64,000 nt of DNA. Origin: a virus. The stretch covers positions 2,432 through 66,431 of the IMG/VR virus record IMGVR_UViG_3300032116_000161. The stretch is one strand, 5' to 3'. This document shows, one piece after another, positions 54,707 to 63,606 of this stretch. A program made the position numbers and the translations under genes. How positions within the stretch are numbered: position 1 is the first letter of the stretch; every line of letters starts with the position of its first letter. The notes under the pieces were generated by a model. That model saw only the letters and a program-made list of their open reading frames with translations, ran no database searches and had not been told where the DNA came from.

Positions 54707-55532
54707 AATTAAAAAGTAGTAGTTCTTTACGATTTTTTTGCTCACGCATATATTCGCCAACAGAACGCATTGTGTAAGTAAGGTCAAACTCGGCAGCGTT
54801 CCAGTTCTTAAACCGATCTTTGACAAGTTGGTCAGAATTATAACTTACCAACTGATCCATATTGTTAGCATCGCAGTCAGCAGCAAACTTATCGTGATCA
54901 AATCCTTTGTGCATTGATCCCTTACGCCCATAGAGGTTATCCTTAATATCATAAGGAGGATCGAGATACACAAAAGCACTAGTCTCTCCATCCAACAAAT
55001 AGTCGTAGGAATAGTTAGTTATACGCCATTTTTCAATCAGTTTAGAATACGCAGGCAACTTTTCAATCCCTCGCATAGAGAAGTTGGAGACGCTTGCCTG
55101 TTGTGAAAATGATGAACTCTCTGTGAGACCACTGAAAGAGCACTTATTAACAACATAGAAAGCCACAGCACGATCAATGCTTGGCACATCTTGGTCATTG
55201 ACTTTCTCCTTGGAGGAAAGGAATAAATCTTTTGCCAACTCTGGAGTATTATTTGCCGTCTTTAACTCTACCAACTTATCTTTCATATCAACCCCAAACA
55301 TCTGCAGTTGCTGCCAGAAGTTTACAAGGGGTTCGTATAAATCATTCACCCAAATATCTAGGTTAGGATATTTCTTGGTGATATAAATCGCAACACTTCC
55401 TCCTCCAAGAAAGGGTTCACGAAACTCATCATAGTTGCGAAGGTCTGGAAAGTAAGGATCCATCTTGACGCAAGCACGGGACTTACCGCCAGGATACCTT
55501 AAGGCAGTTTTAAGACTCTTTTGACTGGTCAT
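54651..55532 (-). CDS. dam: DNA adenine methyltransferase (D12/Dam class)
   Basis: LRYPGGKS, EPFLGGGSV, YLDPPY. Confidence 0.9.
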   Translation of the reverse strand: MTSQKSLKTALRYPGGKSRACVKMDPYFPDLRNYDEFREPFLGGGSVAIYITKKYPNLDIWVNDLYEPLVNFWQQLQMFGVDMKDKLVELKTANNTPELAKDLFLSSKEKVNDQDVPSIDRAVAFYVVNKCSFSGLTESSSFSQQASVSNFSMRGIEKLPAYSKLIEKWRITNYSYDYLLDGETSAFVYLDPPYDIKDNLYGRKGSMHKGFDHDKFAADCDANNMDQLVSYNSDQLVKDRFKNWNAAEFDLTYTMRSVGEYMREQKNRKELLLFNYGIEGLVEQYQSDEREPD

Positions 55533-55728
55533 AATCTTTTGGGTGATACTTCAAATATTCAAAGAAGGTGAGTTTCATTTCCTTCTGGGTCATACCACAA
55601 TGTTTTGCGGCAGCAGGTAGAGTCATTTTAGCACGAAACAATGCTTCGTTTGCTTCTTGGACATTTTCGGGTGTAGTCTTCACTCTTTCTTCTACCAACT
55701 TACTCTTATCAATTTTAAGGAGTCCCAT
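55510..55728 (-). CDS. Small hypothetical protein (possible HTH)
   Basis: LPAAAKHCGMTQKEMK. Confidence 0.7.
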   Translation of the reverse strand: MGLLKIDKSKLVEERVKTTPENVQEANEALFRAKMTLPAAAKHCGMTQKEMKLTFFEYLKYHPKDYDQSKES

Positions 55729-55940
55729 CACTCAAACTCCCTAGAAGCATTAAACTTTTTTGCGGGTGGTGTATAAGGAGGAATTACTTCACAAGTCACA
55801 CGAATATCCGTGCTTTTGGTTGCTTCTGCCATTTCACGGTAACCAGACCCAACATAAATCTGACCACCAACTACGGCAACTGCCATAGCACCCCAGAAAA
55901 TATAATACCACTTGGACTTTACTTGATGTTGATTTTTCAT
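55728..55940 (-). CDS. Small single-TM protein
   Basis: WYYIFWGAMAVAVVGGQIYVG. Confidence 0.7.
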   Translation of the reverse strand: MKNQHQVKSKWYYIFWGAMAVAVVGGQIYVGSGYREMAEATKSTDIRVTCEVIPPYTPPAKKFNASREFE

Positions 55941-56881
55941 TTGAACTCACACTCACACATAATTTCAGTTAGTGCTGCTAGGAGGTTAATTTCTTGGTCA
56001 GCCACGAACGCACATTGGTATTGATACTTAGCAATAACAAGAACGGCAGCAGGGATAGTTGCGGGAGAAAGGCAACTATAACAGGAGTCATAAATCCTGC
56101 GAAGTAGACTAGAAGCATCGTTGTCCAGGTTGGAGACCACCCACTTGCGGACTTCGGTGAAATTCTTTTCCTTGAGATGTTTAATGAGGTCATTTACAGA
56201 GATGTCAGAGAAAGAAGCAAGAATGCCAGAGTCGATTTCTCCCCCCACAGAGTACCTTTGGCATTCGTTGAGGACTCGTCGCCAGTCGGGGAAGTGTTTA
56301 TTGATAAGCTCCGCAAGTACTCTTTGATCGAATCGGACGCCTTCCGCATCCAGGATGTCTTGTAGACGCTTGAAGAAGGATCCTGCCAGTGCGGTTTTTT
56401 CTTTCCCTTTGATTGAGAAGTCAACAACGGCACATCTGCTATGAAGGGGCTCGATGATCTTGTTCTTGTAGTTACAGGTGAAGATGAAGCGGCAGTTACC
56501 AGCAAACTCCTCAATAAACGCCCGTAGCAGGAGTTGTACATCGTTCCCCGTGTTATCTGCCTCATCAATGATGACGACTTTGTGTTTAGCATCTGACGAA
56601 AGCGATACGGTCGAAGCGAAGTTCTTCGCATTGTTTCTGACAGTATCGAGGAATCTACCCTCGTCGGATCCATTGATGACATAAACATCTACCCCCAGTT
56701 CGTTACAAAGTGCTTTAGCAACAGTGGTCTTGCCGATACCAGGAGGACCAGCAAGAAGCATATTAGGAATTTCGCCTTTATTTAGAAACTCCCTAAACAT
56801 AGTCTTGGTAGACTCTGGGAGAATACAATCTTCAATCGTTTTGGGTCGATACTTTTCAACCCAAATAAAATCACTATTCAT
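55937..56881 (-). CDS. Clamp loader large subunit (T4 gp44-like)
   Basis: WVEKYRP, GPPGIGKT, DEAD, PLHSRC. Confidence 0.96.
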   Translation of the reverse strand: MNSDFIWVEKYRPKTIEDCILPESTKTMFREFLNKGEIPNMLLAGPPGIGKTTVAKALCNELGVDVYVINGSDEGRFLDTVRNNAKNFASTVSLSSDAKHKVVIIDEADNTGNDVQLLLRAFIEEFAGNCRFIFTCNYKNKIIEPLHSRCAVVDFSIKGKEKTALAGSFFKRLQDILDAEGVRFDQRVLAELINKHFPDWRRVLNECQRYSVGGEIDSGILASFSDISVNDLIKHLKEKNFTEVRKWVVSNLDNDASSLLRRIYDSCYSCLSPATIPAAVLVIAKYQYQCAFVADQEINLLAALTEIMCECEFK

Positions 56882-56883
56882 AA

Positions 56884-57006
56884 TTAAGTCCAATCGGGTT
56901 TTTTCAAATAAGAACTAGGGACAATCTCCCACCATTCCTTTCCATCAAAAATATACAACTTGTGTGTATCTTTGTCAAGGAAAACATCACCTTTGTTATA
57001 TGTCAT
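56884..57006 (-). CDS. 40-aa hypothetical protein (MTYNKGDVFLDKDTHKLYIFDG...)
   Basis: Manual translation; ATGA coupling. Confidence 0.6.
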   Translation of the reverse strand: MTYNKGDVFLDKDTHKLYIFDGKEWWEIVPSSYLKKPDWT

Positions 57007-57512
57007 ACCCATTCAGGTTTACGCTCTGGCATACGCAAATAGTTATCAGCAACCCAAGGTTTGGATGCGATATACATTTTGTAAGCAGTGAATGTATCAA
57101 TGCTGTCGTCATATTTCCATTCTTCAGGCATGGCACGAGCGAATGGAGTTACTTCTGTAATCTTCCCTCTTGGAAACAAATAGTATGCTTCCAAAAGTGT
57201 ATTATAACACGAATGTGGTTTTCCATAACGAAGTTGAAATTCGTCACAGATATTCATGCCGTGCTTAATCAACCAGTAGGCATTGTCAATAGTTTTTGCT
57301 GCCCACTGTGTGCAGGGATGATTTCTAAATGCACCTTTTGATGTTGCATAAGGCATTCCATCTTTTTTGTGAAGTTCCCCATAGTTATGATACCAAGGAG
57401 AAGCAACAATAGAAAGCATTTGGCAACATTCAAGGGCCATCTTCGTTATATGACGGTCAGGAAGTACGATGGCACTCTCGGCGGGAAATGGGGAAGTTGC
57501 AAAGATGTTGAT
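57003..57512 (-). CDS. Pyrimidine-dimer DNA glycosylase-like (DenV-related) protein, probable ATC start
   Basis: (M)NIF...LPDRHITKMALECCQMLS, NHPCTQW, RYGKPH, FARAMP. Confidence 0.7.
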   Translation of the reverse strand: MNIFATSPFPAESAIVLPDRHITKMALECCQMLSIVASPWYHNYGELHKKDGMPYATSKGAFRNHPCTQWAAKTIDNAYWLIKHGMNICDEFQLRYGKPHSCYNTLLEAYYLFPRGKITEVTPFARAMPEEWKYDDSIDTFTAYKMYIASKPWVADNYLRMPERKPEWV

Positions 57513-57541
57513 TGTAGGTTCCTCAACTCAATAATATCATA

Positions 57542-58216
57542 TCACCCAAAGGTGCTGTCTGGTTCCAACGCGATGTAGTACTTAAGGTTGTAGCGAGTAT
57601 TAGTGAACTGTGACAAAAGTTTAGAAGACACAACTACATCATAGGCACCAGGAATGATTTTGATGTTTTCCACTTTGAAGTTGAAAGTAAACTCTTGGTC
57701 GGTTTCACCAACAACAATGGCATATTCGTTAGAAGTATCGTTCTTCTTGTCACGCACAACCAGTTTGATTACACCTGCTTCACCAATCGCAGAAAGGTCT
57801 GGGAGTTGATAAACTGCTGCTGCCTTCACCAGTTTCTCCAAAGAAGCACTGTCAAGTTGGAAACAAACATCCTGTGAAGGGAGTTGAATATCTTTCTCGG
57901 GGGGAGAGATAATCACATTAGGATCGGCAAAGAAATACTTCACACGACGCTTACCTTCTTTGATGGAAAGATAAGAATCCTCTTTGAAATCAAGGTCAGG
58001 GTCCTGGTGAAGACTCAAACCATTAAGAAACTGATTGAGATCATAGATGGCAAAGTCACGGGGGAACTCTTCTGTGATATCTGCTTCGGCAAGAATATTC
58101 TTGGCAACAGAGATGGTGCGAAGACGAGTGCCCTGCTTCACAAGAATAGAGTTGTTAATACCTGCGAAGTTCTTAAGAATAGTCAGGGTGTTGTCAGAGA
58201 GTTTCATGTTGTTCAT
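57542..58216 (-). CDS. Sliding clamp (T4 gp45-like)
   Basis: LKNFAGINNSI, FAIYDLNQFL, YYIALE. Confidence 0.95.
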   Translation of the reverse strand: MNNMKLSDNTLTILKNFAGINNSILVKQGTRLRTISVAKNILAEADITEEFPRDFAIYDLNQFLNGLSLHQDPDLDFKEDSYLSIKEGKRRVKYFFADPNVIISPPEKDIQLPSQDVCFQLDSASLEKLVKAAAVYQLPDLSAIGEAGVIKLVVRDKKNDTSNEYAIVVGETDQEFTFNFKVENIKIIPGAYDVVVSSKLLSQFTNTRYNLKYYIALEPDSTFG

Positions 58217-58596
58217 TGATTGTAGGTTTCACGGACGGCATTCTTATCATTAAAGTTCAAAAGAAGAACAGCATAATGAAGGATCTTCATAATGTCACGG
58301 CGGGCACTGCCCTTCTTGTCATAACGGGAAGCATACTTAAGGATGTTACTACGGCAGAATGCTTCACCATCACCACATGCTTCAATTAGGTCAAGCGTTT
58401 GAATCTTTTGATCTCCAGCAGAATAGTGTTGAGTATAAGTTCCACGGATATACTCAAGGAGTTCTTTTACGATTTCTTCTTCGTTATACTTCCAAGGAGT
58501 AGCGGGGGAATTGGGAATCATAGATTTTTTTTCAATTTCAATCATGTTATCAGAGTTCATAGTCATAGTGAACTCACTGTAAGGATATTCGTCCAT
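58213..58596 (-). CDS. DUF3310-like conserved phage protein
   Basis: YI..TY.QHY, FC.SNILKYA.RY.KKG...D..K..HY. Confidence 0.75.
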   Translation of the reverse strand: MDEYPYSEFTMTMNSDNMIEIEKKSMIPNSPATPWKYNEEEIVKELLEYIRGTYTQHYSAGDQKIQTLDLIEACGDGEAFCRSNILKYASRYDKKGSARRDIMKILHYAVLLLNFNDKNAVRETYNQ

Positions 58597-58633
58597 AATA
58601 AGGGAAGGCACTTTTTTACCTTCCCCAATTATA

Positions 58634-59722
58634 TCAGAAAGGTGCTTCGTGGTCAACGGGCATTTGGAAATCAGCATCCACTTTATCATAGAGTTCAAGG
58701 AATGCTTGCTTGGTTTCGTCATCAAAACGATTCACGCAAACTTGGATTGCCTTTGCCTTATCTTGGAAGATGCTGTAGGCACGGATGATGTGAACCAGGC
58801 GGCGGGTACTGATGATTTCCTCAATACCACCATCGTAGAAGGTCTTACGGATGATATCTGCCCAGTCCACCAGACGCTTACAGAACTGACGATCTTCCAT
58901 ACCCAGATCCAAAGCAATACCTTCAAGGATCTTCTGTTCAGTCGCAGGAGCAGGATAAGACTGCTCAAAGGTCACAGGGAAACGCTCAAGGAATGCTTCG
59001 TTAAGAACATTGGTGCCGATGAAGCGACCATCATCACTACCCTTGCCTTTGGTATTGGCAGTGGCAATCACATTGAAACCAGCAGCAGGTTTGACCCAGC
59101 GACCGATCTTCTTAAGGAATACACCCTTACCTTCAAGGATGGACTGGAGACACAGAATCTTGTTAGAAGCAAGATCAATCTCATCCAGCAGAAGAATGGC
59201 ACCACGCTCAAGTGCCTCAATCACAGGACCATTGTGCCAGGCAGTGTTACCATCAACAAGACGAAAACCACCAATCAGGTCATCCTCATCAGTTTCAATC
59301 GTAATATTTACACGAATCAGTTCACGCTTGAGTTGGGCACACGCTTGCTCAACAGAGAAAGTTTTACCATTACCAGAGAGTCCCGTAATGAAAGTAGGAT
59401 AGAAAAGACGGGACTCAATAATCTTGCGAACATCACCAAAGTTACCAAACTTGACGAAGGTATCATCTTTTTCAGGGATAAGATTTTGTTCAATAGCAGG
59501 AATAGCGGCAGGTGCCTTTACAACTTGTTCAAACTGCTCTCGTGCTTCTTGGATAGTCAGGTTCCACTTACCACGACTAGTCTTGTAATCGTTGAGTTTA
59601 TTAGTGACGGTCTGGTAGTTAGCACCGTTCATAGCACACCAGGCACGAATATCAGCAGCAGTCACGGACTCCCCATACACTGCTTGGAGAGAAGTGCGGA
59701 TGTAGTCAGCGGAAATGGTCAT
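58634..59722 (-). CDS. cobS: MoxR/CobS-like AAA+ ATPase
   Basis: GLSGNGKT, LLLDEID, ATANTKGKG, AFLERF, STRRL. Confidence 0.88.
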   Translation of the reverse strand: MTISADYIRTSLQAVYGESVTAADIRAWCAMNGANYQTVTNKLNDYKTSRGKWNLTIQEAREQFEQVVKAPAAIPAIEQNLIPEKDDTFVKFGNFGDVRKIIESRLFYPTFITGLSGNGKTFSVEQACAQLKRELIRVNITIETDEDDLIGGFRLVDGNTAWHNGPVIEALERGAILLLDEIDLASNKILCLQSILEGKGVFLKKIGRWVKPAAGFNVIATANTKGKGSDDGRFIGTNVLNEAFLERFPVTFEQSYPAPATEQKILEGIALDLGMEDRQFCKRLVDWADIIRKTFYDGGIEEIISTRRLVHIIRAYSIFQDKAKAIQVCVNRFDDETKQAFLELYDKVDADFQMPVDHEAPF

Positions 59723-59806
59723 TGAGTGGTTTTGTTTAACTGAAGTTATTATATACGAAAAAAGGGGTCACAAGGACCCCCAGTGGACAGTTTGGAAAGT
59801 GGTCTA

Positions 59807-59950
59807 TCACTCCATAGTGAATTTTTTCTTCTTTGAAGCCTTGGTAATAGGAACTACCTTTTCTTCAACAACTTCCTTTACAGGTTCTGGTGCTGGTGCT
59901 GATTCGGCAACTGGTTCTGGTTGCTGAAACAAGTCGGTAAATCTACTCAT
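59807..59950 (-). CDS. 47-aa Pro/Glu-rich hypothetical protein (MSRFTDLF...)
   Basis: Manual translation; ATAAATA upstream. Confidence 0.6.
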   Translation of the reverse strand: MSRFTDLFQQPEPVAESAPAPEPVKEVVEEKVVPITKASKKKKFTME

Positions 59951-59980
59951 TAGACTTATTAGAATTCTTTCAAATATTTA

Positions 59981-62116
59981 TCAGGCAACGAGTTCCACAA
60001 ACTCCCCAAGGATACGCTTGTTCATTTTTTTAGTTTTAAGACTCTTCACAAATGCAGATTTGATTTGAGTTTTGGTAGCATCTTCGGCAACTTCAAATTC
60101 AGCATCTTGTGCCAGAGCATTTGCCGAAAGTCCAAAGTAAGCATTATACCCAGACTTCTTAATAGTAAATGCTTTTTCTTTCTTCCAAATACTCATGGTC
60201 TTCTCAAACTCTGGGCCATAATATCCACAATAACGGCGGATAAAAGAACCAGCATCACGGGAAGCAAGCACACGAATACCAATGAAATTCATGTCCTTAA
60301 ACTTATCCCGCAGATTTTGAAGAAGAACATCAGTAAATTCATACCACTCACAATCAAGCGAATAAGTGATTCCAGTCTTACGATCCCGCAGGAAGGCATT
60401 AGGACCAATATATCCAGTGCCCAGAAAAGGATCTTCCTCCCAGCGGCGTTGGACTTCACGGTGATACTTTGGCATTGCTGCTTCACCATCAGTCAAAATC
60501 ACACATTGAACCTTTTGAAGTTTGTTTTCTTGCTGGAACTTGGGAAGAATCTGGTGAAGAGCAATCAAGGTCTCATTCAGCGGAGTGCCAGAAAGACTCA
60601 AACCATAAGGAATGTTATAACGGACAAAAGAGTTGTAACGGAAAGCAGAAGCAAGACGGAAGATATTTTTCATCTGCTCCTCCAAAGTTTTAGCATTGGT
60701 TTTGCTGGTGAGCATATTCATCAGCGAGAACCATTCACCAACCTGAACCAAACCATCTTTCTTGGTATAGGCAAGTTCACGGATATTTGCCTTGTTGTCC
60801 TCATCATACTTTACAAGAGGATAGTCACTGGTAAAGGCATAAACCTCAAACGGAATCGCAACTTTCTTACAGAACCAAACCAGGTTAAAAAGTTGCTTGA
60901 CGGTATCCAGCATCACATCACTCATTGAACCAGACCAGTCAAGGATGAAAACCAGACCGTGATTCTTACCATCGGCAAGAGTGGTTACCTTACGAAACAG
61001 GTCTTCATTGTACTTATAAGTGTGAAGTTTGGTACAGTCCAGCACACCAGTGCGAGCAGTGGTGGCACGGGCATAGGAGTCTGCTGCCTTGCGGCACTCA
61101 AACTCTTTCACCAGATAATTGACTTCTTTCTGTGCCGAACGCTTGAACTCTACAAAGTTTTTATCAACTTCACCAAAAATTTCTTCGGTGGAAACTTCCC
61201 GTTCCTCAACCCAAGCATTCCAGTATTGCTTACACTTATCATGGATTTCGGTATTAGGAACAATGACTTTATCCAGGTCAAGTTTGGGCAACTCAAGGTA
61301 AACATTCTCCTGCCCGTTTTGTTCAACGAGGTCTTTAAGTGCTTCCTCAAGTGAATCCATAGTTTTCACTTCGGGTTCTTCATTTTGCTCACCACCCATA
61401 GAAGTAGTTTGCTGCTCTTGTTCGGCAGTGCCACCATAAGAATCAGTCTCACCAGGTTGCTCCTGCTGATCATTCTCACCTTCCATCTGGTCAGAGAAGT
61501 CAGAAGCAGGTTGGTTACCACCACTCTGTTGGGACTCAAGTGAATCAATCGGGGTCTTCACTTCTTCTTGCTGCTTTTCCTTACAGAACCTATAGAGTTT
61601 CCAAGCAGCAGCAAGTACATCAGCAAAGGTTTCAGTCTCTCCAATCAGGGAGACAAGTTCTTTCTCATCATCCTCAAAAGGAATGTCTACAAAATTACCA
61701 ATCTTATAATAGAGATTAACTTTATCAGCAAGATTATAGGTGCTGATATCTTCATCTTCAATTTGAAAGAAGTCTTGCTCGGCAAGTTCTCCATAACCTT
61801 TGTAGAATGTCTTGGAAAGACCAGCATAACGACGCTTCATCAGTTTCTCAATGCGAGCATCCTCAACCACATTAACAAACTGTGGAGGAATCTTATGCTC
61901 CTTCAACCAGTCAATATTAGGGGTTTCTCTTGAGTGCCCAACTTCGTGTGCTACAAGGAGATCTACAACAGTGCTACTCGCCTTCCACATAGGAAGAGTC
62001 AATACACGAGTATGGACATTAAAGCAAGCAGTATCTACTTTTTTATGTTCAACAACAATGTCTTCTTCCGCCAAAAGTTTGGCGAGCATTCCCTTGATTT
62101 CGTAATTAACAGTCAT
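59981..62116 (-). CDS. Metallopeptidase-like plus VWA (CobT-like) protein
   Basis: AHEVGH, EDARIE, acidic linker, MIDAS DWSGS, LSGTPL, LTDGE. Confidence 0.85.
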   Translation of the reverse strand: MTVNYEIKGMLAKLLAEEDIVVEHKKVDTACFNVHTRVLTLPMWKASSTVVDLLVAHEVGHSRETPNIDWLKEHKIPPQFVNVVEDARIEKLMKRRYAGLSKTFYKGYGELAEQDFFQIEDEDISTYNLADKVNLYYKIGNFVDIPFEDDEKELVSLIGETETFADVLAAAWKLYRFCKEKQQEEVKTPIDSLESQQSGGNQPASDFSDQMEGENDQQEQPGETDSYGGTAEQEQQTTSMGGEQNEEPEVKTMDSLEEALKDLVEQNGQENVYLELPKLDLDKVIVPNTEIHDKCKQYWNAWVEEREVSTEEIFGEVDKNFVEFKRSAQKEVNYLVKEFECRKAADSYARATTARTGVLDCTKLHTYKYNEDLFRKVTTLADGKNHGLVFILDWSGSMSDVMLDTVKQLFNLVWFCKKVAIPFEVYAFTSDYPLVKYDEDNKANIRELAYTKKDGLVQVGEWFSLMNMLTSKTNAKTLEEQMKNIFRLASAFRYNSFVRYNIPYGLSLSGTPLNETLIALHQILPKFQQENKLQKVQCVILTDGEAAMPKYHREVQRRWEEDPFLGTGYIGPNAFLRDRKTGITYSLDCEWYEFTDVLLQNLRDKFKDMNFIGIRVLASRDAGSFIRRYCGYYGPEFEKTMSIWKKEKAFTIKKSGYNAYFGLSANALAQDAEFEVAEDATKTQIKSAFVKSLKTKKMNKRILGEFVELVA

Positions 62117-62166
62117 TAGGAGTTGTGCGATATGTGAGTATTATACCCACTCCAATATCAGTTAAG

Positions 62167-62847
62167 TCAGGTAGTGGGACACTTCAACAAGTGTCCTGGT
62201 CTCCCAACGACCCACCCATCACCAGGACACTCATACGAAAGTTTTGTTTTAATACCATTATTCCACCATTTTCTACCTTTTCTTATTTCACTTTGTTTTT
62301 TCCTGGTTTCATCACTAACAACTTTACCCAAGTTGTTTTTTCTTGATTTTTCAGCAAACTCTTTTGTTTTATATTTTTTACATTCTTTGGTAAATAATCT
62401 ACCCAATACCCAACCATCACCAGGACATTCAATAGTGTGTTTATCTACCTCACCATTATTCCACCACCTCCTTTGTGATACTTGTTGCGAAACTTTTTTC
62501 TTATGTTCTTCCGTAAGAGTTTTTCCTGTATTAACTTCTTTTGTCCTTTGAATACAGTATTCACTTGTTTTTCTACCTGAAGTTCCTTCTCCACCATAAG
62601 ACATATTGATTAATATACCACCTTCACTTTTCAAACCTAAAATAGTGATAATATAGTTTTCGTGTTTATAAGCGTCAAACTCTTTTAGATTTTTCTTTAA
62701 AAAAAGCACCCTATCTCTTGGTGGAGAAGACATATAAGTATCACCTCTTCTATGAGAACGATATGCCCTATTATTAATACCCTTACCAACATAATAAGGG
62801 GTCATATCTTCTCTCAACCAGGCATAGGTATAATAAGTATTTTTCAT
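62167..62847 (-). CDS. Free-standing GIY-YIG-type homing endonuclease
   Basis: YTYAWLRED.TPYYVGKG, N.SYGGEG, duplicated RWWNNG...ECPGDGWV.GR; TATAAATA at 62871-62878. Confidence 0.85.
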   Translation of the reverse strand: MKNTYYTYAWLREDMTPYYVGKGINNRAYRSHRRGDTYMSSPPRDRVLFLKKNLKEFDAYKHENYIITILGLKSEGGILINMSYGGEGTSGRKTSEYCIQRTKEVNTGKTLTEEHKKKVSQQVSQRRWWNNGEVDKHTIECPGDGWVLGRLFTKECKKYKTKEFAEKSRKNNLGKVVSDETRKKQSEIRKGRKWWNNGIKTKLSYECPGDGWVVGRPGHLLKCPTT

Positions 62848-62938
62848 TAGGGACACGCACTATACACTATTATTTATACAAGTTTATACAAAAAAAGAGG
62901 GTGGTGAGACCCTCTTGTGTGCCAGTTTGGAAAGTGGT

Positions 62939-63445
62939 TTAGTCTTCTTTATAAGTTCCTGCTCTTCTTGCTGCTCTGTTTCCACTTCCCCTATCACCTG
63001 CACCAAAATCACTTTCACCACCTCTACCACCTCTTGTAGCCCTCTTTGCTGGGTCTGCACTTACCCTACGACTATATGCAGTTCCACCTGGTTTATTCAT
63101 TACTTTCTTGTAACGCTCACCAGTTAGTGCTTCATCAAAAACTTCCTCAACAATACTCTCTCTCCACTCTTCACTCATATTTGCCATAATAGCAAGAGCT
63201 GCCTTGTTGGTGTTGGCATAACCTTCAGCGACTAGGTATTCTAGCAGATAATCAAAGAGGTCAACCCCTTCTTTCATCTCATCTTCTTTTTCTTCTTTCT
63301 CCTTTTTTTCTTTCTTTTTACCGTTCATTTTAGGAGTTTCTTCCTCTTCAGACTCCTCCTCATCTCCACACTCAGCTTCGGCAATAACTTGTGAGTACAT
63401 AGAAGCATAGGCTTCCATTATCTCTCTAACTTCTTTTGCTTCCAT
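62939..63445 (-). CDS. Putative internal head protein (DLFDYLL..EGYA family)
   Basis: DLFDYLLEYLVAEGYANTNKAALAIMANMSEEWRESI; TATAAATA at 63466-63473. Confidence 0.7.
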   Translation of the reverse strand: MEAKEVREIMEAYASMYSQVIAEAECGDEEESEEEETPKMNGKKKEKKEKEEKEDEMKEGVDLFDYLLEYLVAEGYANTNKAALAIMANMSEEWRESIVEEVFDEALTGERYKKVMNKPGGTAYSRRVSADPAKRATRGGRGGESDFGAGDRGSGNRAARRAGTYKED

Positions 63446-63468
63446 TTTTACAAAGACTTTTTAGGTAT

Positions 63469-63606
63469 TTATAAAAACGAAGAACCGCCTCGTGAAAGGC
63501 GGTTCTTGAGTGCTTGGCGGCGTGCCTTTGCTTGTCGGAGTGCTTGCGGTTTTAGTTTTCGCTTCTGTTCCTTCTTACTGTGATGTTGCCAGTTTGGAGT
63601 GGTCAT
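63469..63606 (-). CDS. 45-aa basic protein (MTTPNWQHHSKKEQKRKLKPQALRQAKARR...)
   Basis: Manual translation; ATGA coupling to gp46. Confidence 0.7.
   Translation of the reverse strand: MTTPNWQHHSKKEQKRKLKPQALRQAKARRQALKNRLSRGGSSFL
63472..63508 (-). terminator. Intrinsic terminator-like hairpin inside the 3' end of the 45-aa ORF
   Basis: AAGAACCGCCT-TTCACG-AGGCGGTTCTT followed by CGTTTTT. Confidence 0.7.

Noticed and set aside
58649-60928. Long plus-strand ORFs 58649-59725 and 60065-60928
   Set aside because: Antisense shadows of cobS and the VWA gene; no motifs or RBS
63588-63603. GCCAGT-TTGG-AGTGGT as a fifth palindromic box
   Set aside because: Spacer is 4 rather than 6 nt, lies in coding sequence, and has no -10 at 32 nt
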